Shown piece after piece: positions 12,620-25,585 of a stretch of DNA of 64,000 bases; positions within the stretch are counted from its first letter, which is position 1, and each line of letters opens with the position of its first letter. The DNA is taken from the NCBI RefSeq assembly GCF_009914755.1, contig NC_060926.1. One strand, given 5' to 3'. The notes under the pieces are model-generated. The model was not told where the DNA came from. It ran no database searches and was given only the letters and a program-made list of their open reading frames with translations. The DNA comes from the human T2T-CHM13v2.0 reference genome, Homo sapiens. A program made the translations under genes and the position numbers.

Positions 12620-15600
12620 GGGTGTCAATGTTAGATCTTTCCTGCTTTCTCTTGTGTGCATTTAGTGCTATAAATTTCCCTCTACACACTGCTTTAAATG
12701 TGTTCCAGAGATTCTGGTACATTGTGTCTTTGTTCTCATTGATTTCAAAGAACATCTTTATTTCTGCCTTCATTTCGTTATTTACCCAGTAGTCATTCAG
12801 GAGCAGGTTGTTCAGTCTCCATGTAGTTGTGCAGTTTTGAGTGAGATTCTTAATCCTGAGTTCTAATTTGATTGTTCTGTGGTCTGAAAGACTGTTTGTT
12901 ATGATTTCTGTTCTTTTGCATTTGCTGAGGAGTGTTTTACTTCCAATTATGTGGCCAATTTTAGAATAAGTGCAATGTGGTGCTGAGAAGAATGTATATT
13001 CTGTTGATTTGGGGTGGAGAGTTCTGTAAATGTCTATTAGTTCTGCTTGGTCCAGAGCTGAGTTCAAGTCCTGGATATCCTTGTTAATTTTCTGTCTCAT
13101 TGATCTGTCTAATTTTGACATTGGGGTGTTAAAGTCTCCCATTAATATTGTGGGATAAATTCCTAGACACATACACCCTCTCAAGACTAAACCAGGAAGA
13201 AGTCAAATCCCTGAATAGACCCAGTTCTAAAACTGAGGCAGTAATTAATAGCCTACCAACCAAAAAACATCCAGGACCAGACGGATTCACAGCCGACTTC
13301 TACCAGAGGTACAAAGAGGAGCTGGTACCATTCCTTCTGAAACTATTCCAAACAATAGAAAAAGAGGGAATCCTCCCTATCTCATTATATGAGGCCAGCG
13401 TCATCCTGATACCAAAACCTGGCAGAGATACAACAAAAAAAGAAAATTTCAGGCCAATATCCCTGGTGAACATCAATGCAAAAATCCTCAATAAAATACT
13501 GGCAAACTGAATCCAGCAGCAGATCAAAAAGCTTATCCACCATGATCAAGTCAGCTTCATCCCTGGGATGCAAGGCTGGTTCAACGTACACAAATCAATA
13601 AACATAATCCATCACATAAACAGAACCAATGACGAAAACCACATGATTTTCTCAATAGATACACAAAAGTCCTTCTACAAAATTCAACAGCCTATCATGC
13701 TAAAAACTCTCAATAAACTAGGTATTGATGGAATGTATGTCAAAATAATAAGAGCTATTTATGACAAACCCACAGCCAGTATCATACTGAATGTGCAAAA
13801 ACTGGAAGCATTCTGTTTGAAAACCGGCACAAGACAAGGATGCCCTCTCTCACCACTCCTATTCAACATAGTATTGGAAGTTCTAGCCAGGGCAATCAGG
13901 CAAGAGAAAGAAATAAAGGGTATTCAATTAGGAAAAGAGGAAGTCAAATTATTTCTGTTTGCAGATGACATGACTGTATATTTAGAAAACCCCATTGTCT
14001 CAGCCCCAAATCTCCTTCAGATGATAAGCAACTTCAGCAAAGTCTCAGGATACAAAATCAATGTGAAAAAATCACAAGCATTCCTATACACCAATAAAAG
14101 ATAAACAGAGCCAAATCATGAGTGAACTCCCATGCACAACTTCTACAAAGAGAATAAAATACCTAGGAATCCAACTTAAAAGGGATGTGAAGGACCTCTT
14201 CAAGGAGAACTACAAACCACTACTCAAGGAAATAAGAGAGGACACAAACAAATGGAAAAACATTCCATGCTCATGAATAGGAAGAACCAATATAGTGAAA
14301 ATGGCCATATAGCCCAAAGAAATTTATAGATTCAATGCTATCCCCATCAAGCTACCATTGGCTTTCTTCAAAAAACTGGAAAAAAACTACTTTAAAGTTC
14401 ATATGGAACCAAAAAAGAGCCTGCATAGCCAAGACAATCCTAAGCAAAAAGAACAAAGCTGGAGGCATCACACTACCTGACTTCAAACTATACTACAAGA
14501 CTACAGTAACCAAAACAGCATGGTACTGGTACCAAAACAGATATATAGACCAATGGAACAGAACAGAGGCCTCAGAAATAACACCACACATCTACAACTA
14601 TGTGATCGTTGATGAACCTGACGAAAACAAGCAATGGGGAAAGGATTCCCTATTTAATAAATGGTGTTGGGAAAACCGACTAGCCATGTGCAGAAAGCTG
14701 AAACTGGATCCCTTCCTTACACCTTATACAAAAATTAACTCAGGATGGATTAAAGACTTAAATATAAGACCTAAAACCATAAAAACCCTAGAAGAAAACC
14801 TAGGCAATACCATTCAGGACATGGAACTGGACAAAGGCTTCATGACTAAAATACCAAAAGCAATGGCAACAAAAGCCAAAATTGACAAATGGGATCTAAT
14901 TAAACTAAAGAGCTTCTGCACAGCAAAAGAAACTATCATCAGAGTGAATAGCCAACCTACAGAATGGGAGAAAATTTTTGCAATCTATCCATCTGACAAA
15001 GGGCTAATATCCAGAATCTGCAAAGAACTTAAACAAATTTACAAGAAAAAAACAAACAACTCCATCAAAAAGTGTGTGAAGGATTTGAACAGACACTTCT
15101 CAAAAGACGACATTTATGCAGCCAACAAACATGAAAAAAGCTTATCAATCACTGATCATTAGAGAAATGCAAATCAAAACCATAATGAGATACCATCTCA
15201 CACCAGTTAGAATGGCGATCATTAAAAAGTCAGGAAGCAACAGATGCTGGAGAGGATGTGGAGAAAAATGAACGCTTTTACACCATTGGTGGGAGTGTAA
15301 ATTAGTTCAACCATTGTGGAAGACAGTGTGGCGATTCCTCAGGGATCTAGAACTAGAAGTACCATTTGACCCAGCAATCCCATTATTGGGTATATACCCA
15401 AAGGATTATAAATCATTCTACTATAAAGGCACATGCACACGTCTGTTTATTGCGGCACTGTTCACAATAGCAAAGACTTGGAACCAACACAAATGCCCAT
15501 CAATGGTAGACTGGATTAAGAAAATGTGGCACATACACACCATGTGGTGTGGTGGATTCCATGGCTACATGGAATACTATGCAGCCATAAAGAAGGATGA

Positions 15601-15927
15601 GTTCATGTCCTTTGCAGGGACATGGATGAGGCTGGAAACCATCATTCTCAGCAAACTAACACAAGAACAGAAAACCAAACACCACATGTTCTCACTCATA
15701 AGTGGGGGTTGAACAATGAGAACACATGGACACAGGGGTTGGGGCGGGGCATCAAACACCAGAGCCTGTTGGGGGGTCGGGGACTGGAGGAAGGATAGCA
15801 TTAGGCGAAATACCTAATGTAGATGATGGGTTGATGGATGCAGTAAATCACCATGGCATGTGTATACCTATGTAACAAACCTGCACGTTCTGCACATGTA
15901 CCCCAGCACTTAAAGTATAAAATAAAA
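12620..15927 (+). mobile_element. L1PA (L1PA7-like) with 5' inversion: inverted part 12620-13152, sense part 13153-15927
   Basis: 15-bp TSD aagaaagggagaaca (12605-12619/15928-15942); minus-strand ORF2 endonuclease piece (ILMGDFNTP...SDH); plus-strand RT and C-terminus; L1PA7-like 3'UTR. Confidence 0.95.
13153..15712 (+). pseudogene. Disrupted L1 ORF2p (RT domain with LFADDM motif and C-terminal region)
   Basis: Track ORFs 13148-13510, 13568-14104 ([18 protein letters not shown]...LFADDM), 14335-15162 and 15314-15712, separated by stops and frameshifts. Confidence 0.9.
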
Positions 15928-17880
15928 AAGAAAGGGAGAACATAACTAAAAGTGCACAGCAATATGATATCTACTTCAGCCTATCACTCCGGCCTGCCTT
16001 TTAACAACCGGCACTCTCCTCTCCAAACATAGACCTTTTACCACAAGGAACACAATACAAGGACCTCTCCGGTTACTGCCTCTATTCCAAAATCTTGAAC
16101 TCTTAGTGATCTACAATCCTCTTCATCAGGTCTGCAGATACAGCCAGCTTTCAGCTGATGCAGTTTTGAGAGGCTGAAAGGTTTTGTAGCCCAGCCCTGT
16201 GGCCTACAGTTCCTTCAAAAACTTAGTAAGTTTCTGATCTTTTGGCACTTGACATGTTTGTGTTCAAGTAACCTCACCCAAATTTCCTTTATGGACACCT
16301 GCTAAATTTGGCTTTAGATACCAAAATCAGTATTGATCCTATACCTCCCTCCCTCATTTTAACAGGGATAACCTATGCAAGTTGTTAGTTAGATACAAAT
16401 ATTAGCCTGACTTTCTGGCACAAAGCTGTATCCTTTAGTTTGTCTGAAAGTCTTAATGATAGGGCTTTTATGAAAGGCTCTGGGCAAATAGCCTTATCTC
16501 TGCTCTTTGCAATTCAGAAGCACCTGTGTTTTCCCACACTGCTTGCAAACTTTCCAATTCTTGTATGTATTTATCTTTTTCTTGTTATGTTTTTCTAAAA
16601 CCAGCAAAGAGTAAATAATACACCAGAACATTCTGGCTCTATCTAATTGCCTTCCATAGAGTTACAGTCTCCATAGGCACATCATTTGCTTTCTAAGTTG
16701 TCATGGATGATAATTTCACCAAAGAGTTTCTATAGCATAATAAGTATCTCCTGCTTTCCAGCCTGCAGTATCTATTTCTTCACCACCCAGCAGCCACCCA
16801 CTGGGCCAGTGCCACTTATTTTAGGCTTTTGTCATTTCAGAACACTTCTTCCAACTAACAATTTTTTTATTAATTAAGGTCAAGTAAAACTACTCAAATA
16901 AGATATGTGTTTATTTCACCTTCATAAAATACAATATGGGTAGGTAGTCTCTGCTCTATAGCATGATTCAGGTGCCTAGCCAATGGGACATTCTGCCAGC
17001 TCATCAGGTATATCTGAGATTGCTACCACTGTTGCCAGGTCCAGCTAGCAGCAAGATGGGAGTGAGTAGAGAAATACTGGGAAACATAATGTCTAGCTGG
17101 GTGGTCAGGTGCTCAGAAAGAAAGGAGAAACAGATTTGAAGGAAAAACCTTCAATCTAGGGTACATGATCAAAATCATGATATATACAAAAATAATGTGA
17201 TATATGATATGATAATAAGTTCAAATGAGTTTCCACAAATCTTACAGTTTAACAGAAAATTAACAAATTCATGTCTGTAACACAGATCATTTGTTCTTTA
17301 ATGTTACAAACAGTTCAGTGGCTTTTAAAAATGTAGTAATTCAACTTAGAATGAATAACCCATGATATCATGTTCTTGGATACTAATAGAAAAGGGAAAA
17401 CAGTAACAGCTTAATGAATCTCAAAAAAATATCAGTAACCTTATTCAATTATGAAAGAACTTCTTATATTATAATCATAAAACAAAAAAGAACAGGAAAA
17501 TGAGATATTTTGGCATAACTTCAGAAAACAATGGCCTGGATGTTTATCATATGACCCAGTAATAGAACTTTGTAATGCTTTTGACTGATATGACTTGAAA
17601 TAATTAATCAAAGATACAAAATTCAAATATGTATTATTAGCTTCCCAAAGCTTTCAGATTTATGGAGTTAAAAGCAATGGAAAGTCTTTGCTAAGATTGT
17701 TGGGACTAAAAAATCCCATTTTACTGAATCAAAATTAAAACTTAAAGGAGGATTTATTTTAGGTAGTTCATTTAATTGTTATTACCTGCATCTTTATATA
17801 TATTTTCTTCCTTCTCCTATCATCCTTCAAGTGACCAATTTTTCTAGTTTGGTTGAGTTTTCTTTCACCAAAGGAATCTT

Positions 17881-19292
17881 TTTTAAAAATTAAATTAATT
17901 TAATTTTAGTAAGAACAGTTAAAATGAGATCTACTCTAAAATTTTAAGTGCACAATACAGTATAATTAACTATAGGGACAATGTTGCATAGCAAATCTCT
18001 AGAACGTGTTCATCTTGCATAATTGTGCCTGTATGCCTGTTGATAAGCGACTCTCCATTTCCCTCTCATTTCAGGCTTGACAACCACAATTCTGCTCTCT
18101 GACTCTGAGTTTGACTATTTTAAACACTTCATGTACATGGAATCATGCAGTGTTTATCTTTCTGTTCCTGGTTTATTTCACTTAGCATACTGTCCTCAAG
18201 ATTCATCCATTTTGTCACATATAACAAGATTTCCTTATTTTTAATGCTGAATTATATCCCAATGTGTATATATTCCACATTTTATTTATCAGTTCATCTG
18301 TTGATAAACATTTACGTTGTTTCCACATCTTGGCTAATATGAATAGTGTTTTAATGAACATGGGAGTGGTACTATCAACTCAAGATCCTGATTTCAATTC
18401 TATTGAATGAATATCCAGAAGTGGAATTGCTGGATCATATGATAGTTCTATTTTTATTTTTTTTCAGGAATCTTCATACTGTCTTCCAAAGCAACTCCAT
18501 CACTTTGCATTCCCACCAATAGTGTACAAGAATTCCAATCTCTTCCCATCTTTGCCAACACTTAATACTTTGAAGTACCATTTGACCCAGCAATTGTTGT
18601 TGTTGTTGTTAATAGCAATCCTAAGAGGTATGAGGTGATATCTCATTGTAGTTCGATTTACATTTCCCTGGTGATTAGTGATGTTCAGCTTCTTTATGTC
18701 TACACCTGTTGATCATTTCTATGTCAGCTTTAGGAGAAGTATCTATTCAGTTTCTTTGCCCTTTTCCAAATTGGATTATTCTTTTTTTTTCTTTTTTTTT
18801 GCGGGGGGGTAGGGGGGCTGCTGAGTTAAAGGAATTTCTTTTATATTTTGGAAGTTAACCCCGTACCTGATATATGGTTTGGAAATCTTTTTCCCTTTGT
18901 GTAGGTTGCCTTTTTACTCTGTTGATTGTTCTTTTGCTATGCAGAAGCTTTTTAGTTTGTTGTACAGACCAATGGAACAGAATAGAGAGCCCCCTATCGT
19001 CTCATGCGTATATGGCCAACTGATCTTTGAGAGAGGCACCAAGAATACACACTGGGGAAAGGATAGTCTCTTCAACAGACAGTGTTGGGAAATCTGAATA
19101 TCTACATGCAAAAAAAATAAAAACAGATGTTTATCTTCCACATACAGAAAAATCAACTCAAAACATATTAAAAACTTAGACATTGATCTGAAACTGTAGA
19201 GCTCCTGCAAGAAAACATACTGAAAAATCTTCATGACTTAGTCTTGGCAATGAATGTGGCACCAAAAGCATGGGCAACATAGACAAGTGGCA
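17881..19292 (-). mobile_element. L1MA/L1MB-type element with 5' inversion (antisense 17881-~18963, inverted part ~18964-19292)
   Basis: Antisense 3'UTR/ORF2 end switching to sense cagaccaatggaacagaatagagagcc; 16-bp TSD tcaccaaaggaatctt (17865-17880)/tcgccaaagcaatctt (19293-19308). Confidence 0.85.
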
Positions 19293-19399
19293 TCGCCAAA
19301 GCAATCTTAAGCTCCGCTTCTTCCTCCGTGTTCACCACCTTCAGTCTCTTCCTCTCCCAGTGTCCTCCCTATCCGCGAACTCCAGCTACCACTACAGTA

Positions 19400-20084
19400 G
19401 CTTTCTTCTCCCACATTACAGCCAAAGTTCCTGAAAGACACATTTTTATTCCCTGTGTTTAATTCTTCACTTTCTCTTTTCCCATCAGCTTTCTAAAATT
19501 TGTCCTCCAGCCATAGCACTTCCTGAAGGTGCTCTCACAAGGTCATTAAATATTTCTACTTCCTTAAGTTCTGTGCATATGTCTTCTGTTTTCATTTTAC
19601 TCTATCTTTTAGTATCTTTTAGCATGTATGACCTATGATCTACTCATTGGTTACTGTGACACTTCATTTTCCCTCTTTTCCTCCCTTCTTTCTGGTCACT
19701 TCTCTGTTTCTTTTGCCGGCTCATCTTTACCTAGTTTAGATGTTGATATTCCTTATGACTCAGTTCCTGGCCATCCTAAAATCTCATGCAGCACATTCTC
19801 TTCAGGCAATCCCATCCTTTCTCATTATTTCAATTTCTTCTTGTACCTTAATGGGTAGCAAATGTATACATCAGGCTCAACCTTCTCTTCTGAGCTTCAG
19901 GGGTTAGTATCCATCTGCCCACATGATATCTTCTCAAGGGTGTTACTATGATACTTCCAACTCGGTATGCCTCGCCAATACGGTCCGCTCACCTAAGTTT
20001 TTTCTCTTGCAGTGTTCCTCACCTCAGTAAATGACATCCCCCTTCACCAAGTGGCTCGCTTCAAAAAACTACACATCAGCTTTG
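19400..20084 (+). mobile_element. L2 fragment (probably resumes at ~22700-22990)
   Basis: Pyrimidine-rich L2 ORF2-like sequence: ttctctgtttcttttgccggctc, ttctcttctgagcttcag, cctcagtaaatgacatc. Confidence 0.7.
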
Positions 20085-21050
20085 CAGAGGCATGCCTTGG
20101 ATATTTGGCACCTGAGTAACATCCCCCCATCGATACAACAAAATTGTTTTCAGTAATAATCATGAAAAAAATGAGTAATAACAATGATTACAACAGAAAC
20201 TCAGAAAGAGAAAAATAAAACATTTTAATTAAATGTTGTGGTCATGCTAGAAATTAAATAATTCATATATACATGATTTTTAAAAGTATATAGTAAAAGG
20301 GAAAAAGGTAATTGTTTCATATTTTAAGGAACTTAATGTACCTTTTAAAATACTGAAAACACTGCACCTACATATTAGTTGTTGCAATAATTAATAATAA
20401 TATACTTTCTGTTTCTGAGCCTTATATCCTACAAATTTGTTGGAACTTAAATTGCTCTTCACATATTCATGTTTAATAGAGAGCACAACAGATTTGTCCA
20501 TTTTTCTTCACTCGTTGTTGATTGAATATCTTTTTAAATCAATTTTAATTTTCAAATTTTTTTAATGTAATGTAACCAATATACAAAGTTGAGAAAAGTC
20601 TTAAAGGACAGATTAGGCAGGAGATTCATAAATATTACATGTCACACGAAAAATCCAGGAATTGCAATTCTGCTCATGTAATTGTTTCTTCGGAATCTAT
20701 TCTAGCAGGTTTCAATTGTCCCACAGTCAAAAAATTTTAAACATAAATAAAAACTTAAAATGATCACTGAGAGTGACAGAATTTAAATAATTCAAGTTCT
20801 TTTTCTTCATCGTTACAATCACTGTGCTGTCATTCTTTATGTCACATGTATTGCTTAAATTTAGGCATGTATAGTACAAGTGAGTTGGAAATACAAAATG
20901 TGCCCAAAATGAGCTGAAATGATTCTGCACCTTTAGGCATTTACTACTCAAATGAACTCATGTGCCTGACTTCGTGTGCATGAGGTATGGAGAGCAGCAG
21001 TCTAACTGAGAATTCCAAATTAACTTCCTTTTACATAGACAGTAAAAGAC
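20085..21050 (-). mobile_element. hAT (Tip100/Zaphod-like) DNA transposon fossil with transposase C-terminal remnant
   Basis: Minus-strand 20630-20465 translates with stop/frameshifts to LPNLS.RLFSTL...KLKLI*KDIQSTTSEEKWTNL/VLSIKHE, matching the hAT dimerization motif; cagaggcatgcc TIR-like end at 20085; right boundary uncertain. Confidence 0.7.
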
Positions 21051-21076
21051 AAATTATAAACATGTTAATTTCAAAT

Positions 21077-21154
21077 TATATATATATATATATAATGTTA
21101 TTCATATCCTGATTATGGTAATGATTGCCTAATATATATTATATATAATTGCCT

Positions 21155-21214
<60 letters not shown>

Positions 21215-21248
21215 AAAAAAATCTTTAAATTCCTCTGGTTACTGTTGA

Positions 21249-21295
<47 letters not shown>

Positions 21296-21310
21296 TCATA
21301 TATATAAATA
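21077..21310. repeat. (TA)n/(CA)n microsatellite cluster
   Basis: Three TA runs, directly visible. Confidence 0.95.
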
Positions 21311-21317
21311 ACCACAG

Positions 21318-21479
21318 TGTATTAGTCCATTTTGACACTGCTATAAAGAACTTTCCTGAGACTGGGTAATTTATAAAGTAAAGAGGTTTAATTGACTCAC
21401 AGTTCTGCATGGCTGGGGAGGCCTCAGGAAACTTACAATCATGGCAGAAGGAGGAGCAGGCACGTCTTACCTAGCAACA

Positions 21480-21538
<59 letters not shown>

Positions 21539-21747
21539 AAGTAAAGGGGGAAGAGCCTCTTATAAAACCATCAGATCTCATGAGAACTCATTCACTATCA
21601 TGAGAACAGGATGGGGGAAACTGCCTCTATGATCCAATCACCTCCTTCTCATGACAAGTGGGGATTACAGGTCCCTCCCTCGACATGAGGGGATTACAAT
21701 TTGACATGAGATTTGGGTGGGGACACAGAGCCAAACCATATCTATCA
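21318..21747 (-). mobile_element. MSTA-type solo LTR with internal (GA)n at ~21483-21536
   Basis: tgtattagtccattttgacactgctataaagaac...gagccaaaccatatc; TSD cacag/cccag. Confidence 0.9.
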
Positions 21748-22119
21748 CCCAGTAACTTCCCTTCATATATATATAAAATATATGCATCATAATATATATA
21801 GATATATATAGTGCGCACGCGTGTGTGTGTGTGTGTGTAAAATTAACACTAACCACAGGAATTGCTAGAACTCAGACCAATAAAATATTTTTCTGGAAGA
21901 AATGTCTTATCACTGACATTGATTTTTGGTGTGATGGAGCTGTTCGTATCCTCATTATGGTAATGATTGCCTGAATCTACACAGGTCTAAAATTTCATAG
22001 TACTACATATGAAATAAATATCTATATCTCTCTGTATATATCTATATATGTGTGTGCACATTTATATACATGTATATAGTAAAATGATACTTAAAATGAG
22101 TGAATTTTATTATACATAA

Positions 22120-22450
<331 letters not shown>

Positions 22451-23019
22451 AGAATTTTTAATTAAAAATTTTCCCAGAGCATAGTGATGATGAAAATCAG
22501 ACACCTTAGTGGGTTTATTGTTGTTTTTAAGTATTCTACAGTCAATATTCCTCCTTTGTTGCCTAAACCCAGGGCAGATGGTTCCCAGCTCCCTTGGTAT
22601 AACTGGATACTTTACATGTCTTACCCTTACTTCTGATGTTCAAATGTCCCTAAAGACAACTACATCTAATAGTCTCAGTATTTTTCAATTTTACCTTTTA
22701 TCTCCATTTCCCCTTCCAGCTTTATTCACTATCATACCCTGCAAGGACTTATGCATACATTTTTATATATGGAAATCTCTCAGCATCCATTCATGCCACT
22801 CTAATCTATTCTACACAAATTATCCTTAGTAATCTTTGTAAAAAGCAGAATTGACTATGGCATACCCCTTCTTAAAATATTTCAATAATTTTGCAATTAT
22901 CCTTAAAGTTAAAATCCTATCCAGGACCTCAATGTCCTATATGAGTAGGTTCCTCTCTGCTCTTTCTTTTTTACCCCAGACCACTCTTGCCCTTGTTCTC
23001 TGAGCAACGGCCACAAGTG

Positions 23020-24960
23020 ACTGTGGGGAATAATTTTCTTCCTGTCCCTCCCTCTTCACTGCATTCCTCACTACGCCTACCTCCAGCAGCCAGATCAGCA
23101 TAACATGACCTTGGCTGGACTAATTAGAAGTTCTCATGAGGAACTATAAATCTTGTCCAGGTAGCCTAAAGAAGAGAAATAGTGAACTTAGATTATCAGC
23201 AGCAATACTGGTCTAACAACAACTCTAGTTTTGTCCAGCAGAGAGAAAACAGTACAATGAGAGTAGCTTTGATTCCTGGGCAATTAAATATAGTTATAAA
23301 GTAGGCCAACATCCCACACCTTTTAAGTTTTTAAGAATGGCACTAAACTCTCTCAATCTATCTGGGAGTTGCTATTGTTCTTTCTCTGCTTCTTTGGATG
23401 GTACATGAGTATCAGATGGAGCGGGAAGTTTCTGTCCTTAACTTAACCTTTCCAATAATAAGTGTTCTTACTCTGAAGGTCAAGGAACTCTGGTGAGATT
23501 TCTGCCAACTTCTGAGAAAAATAACCAATAGGTGGGTCTGTGGACACACTGGACCCATTGTGAGTCAGAACTGTGCCAGAACTCCATTTATCACCTGACA
23601 TCCTTATGTCTTTATTCTAACAGAAGCATGGTGACTGTGCTATGGAGCACTTAGTATCAGTGTCAGCTCAGATCTAATATCCAATAGCTTTCAAAAATCA
23701 GGGAATTTCCTTTCCCAGTGTACAGCTAAGCATGTAAATGGCCAACGTCACTTCAGGAAAGAACAGAAGGAATTAGTACTGTATACATTTGCTGTGCATT
23801 CCTCAGGGAAACCTGTCCTCTCCTTCAATTAGTGGACTTGGATTCTGAGAGCTAGGTCAGATCTGTTTGTTGTTGTTGTTGTTGTCTGGTCATCATCTTG
23901 CCTCTAAAAACCATATGGTCTATTTATTAATGTTTTCCACAGATCCCTGCAGGCCAGGGCTTCTGGTTACAGTTCTGACCTTGATGTCCATTACAATAAT
24001 TTATTCCACCTTGTCTCTCACGGTTCATTGCTGCCCCTGGTAATGGCCTCTACAATTTCAGGATTTTATAATCCTTATTAACTCTAGGGAACATCGAGTC
24101 AGGCTGGAGTTACAGAAAACAGCACTACTGAACTTACTGGAGTTGACCCCTCACCAGCACGTTTCTTGTTGCCTTAGTGGAGGCCATATCCTCTGGGTTT
24201 ATCCAAGGAGTGTATCCATCTCATGTGTTCCTCAGTCCAATACAATAAATCCATTTCAGCATGTGCATGTCTTCTAATATTTTGATACCTTCCTTAATAT
24301 CTGCCTAGGCAGTTATTGCACCTCCACTTTATTTAATGTGGGCCACAGTTTTTCCCAAGTTTGACCAGTGTATTAAGACAGGTCTTGGTACCCTTGCCAG
24401 AATTAAATTCTGAATCATGGTAGAGTCGTATTTCTCAAATATTAGGGTGCATTATAGTCATATGGAGAGATTGTTAAAATAAAAGTTGCTGGGACCCATC
24501 TCCAGAGTTTCTGATCCAGTAGGTTTTGGTGGGCCCTAAGAATCTGCATTTCTAACAACTTCTCAGGGGATGCTGATCCTGCTTATATGGAAATAAATTC
24601 AGAAGCACTGGGTAGTGTGACACCCTATCTGTAAAATCTTCCTTTTGTAACCTTATGCTGTCTAGCACTCCAGCCAGTACCCATGAGATCTATTCCAAGG
24701 CTTGTTCTCCCAGTTTCTGGCAATATATAGTAAAATGATAGTGCAGGTCCTTCAGTGAATAATCCCTCTCTCCCTTAGCAGGGCTAGTAATTCCCCTATC
24801 AAACCATACTTAACTTGATCCTAGTGATTGATCTAGTGGCCAGGAGGGCAGATAGGGGCTAATCTTGAAGAGGAAAGGTATTGTCTTCCAAGATATCTGC
24901 CTTCACCAAAACAAGGGAATTATCAGTAAAGGAAATGGGAACAAAATGAATTAGTGAGAA
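23020..24960 (-). mobile_element. ERVL-class (ERV3-16A3/LTR16-like) fragment: LTR-like 23020-23340 plus gag-pro remnant
   Basis: Minus strand ~23650-23730 reads gtacactgggaaagg...ctattggatattagatctgagctgacactgatact (LLDIRSELTLIL, cf. ERVL protease LLDTGSELTLI); gag-like sequence at 24390-24760. Confidence 0.65.
24427..24610. mobile_element. MER5A hAT MITE nested in the ERVL fragment
   Basis: ccagagtttctgatccagtagg...aatctgcatttctaacaa; 8-bp TSD ggtagagt/ggtagtgt. Confidence 0.88.
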
Positions 24961-25059
24961 AAGGCAACATAAGATTTGAAAAGAGAGGATAAAGGAAATG
25001 GGTTCTGTGTCTGACTTCGAGAATAATTCAATCATGTCTAAAAAGGGCTTGGATGACTT

Positions 25060-25497
25060 AGTAATGAAGCAGGCAACCTTGGGGCTAGTCTTTAGGCAGG
25101 GGTAGGGATTACTATTTTCTGGCAAAAATAAGAGAACTACATCTACAGGGCCATAGAGTTCAGTGAAATCAGAAAATATCTTATTCTTGAGCAATTAGAT
25201 ATCAGGATCAAGAAAATAACTAAGTATACGATGATTCCAAATTTTCTGCTTTGTGTGACTGAACAGACAATGAAGTGAAAAGAAGACAATGGCAGAGATT
25301 GGGAGAGAACACGACAAGTTGAGTTTTGCACCTGAGGTGCACCAACAGGAAGATGTGTAATAAATAGTAAGATAAATGAGACTTGAGCTGAGCAAGAAAT
25401 ATGTTTAGGAGATACAGAGTTGGAATAGGTATATCCTATATGGTTGAAGTCATGGGAGTGAAGGACATCACCCAGAGATGATTGATTGATGGATGGA

Positions 25498-25585
<88 letters not shown>

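Larger units (their letters stand above)
12250..17160 (-). mobile_element. Ancient MLT1-type MaLR (LTR ~12250-12600, internal ~15945-16870, second LTR-like ~16875-17160) split by the L1PA
   Basis: cacatcccattagtgagaatttagtcacatggccacacctagc...aaatgtagtt is an MLT1 LTR motif; weak similarity between 12260-12380 and 16890-17000. Confidence 0.45.

Noticed and set aside
12600-15712. Longest ORFs (194, 120, 178, 275 and 132 aa) as host genes
   Set aside because: All are L1 ORF2p fragments with stops, frameshifts and an inversion; the element is not retrotransposition-competent.
23020-24960. Gag-pro fragment and the pol fragment at 1128-4485 as halves of one provirus
   Set aside because: Opposite orientations, ~19 kb apart, with no shared TSD or matching LTR pair visible.
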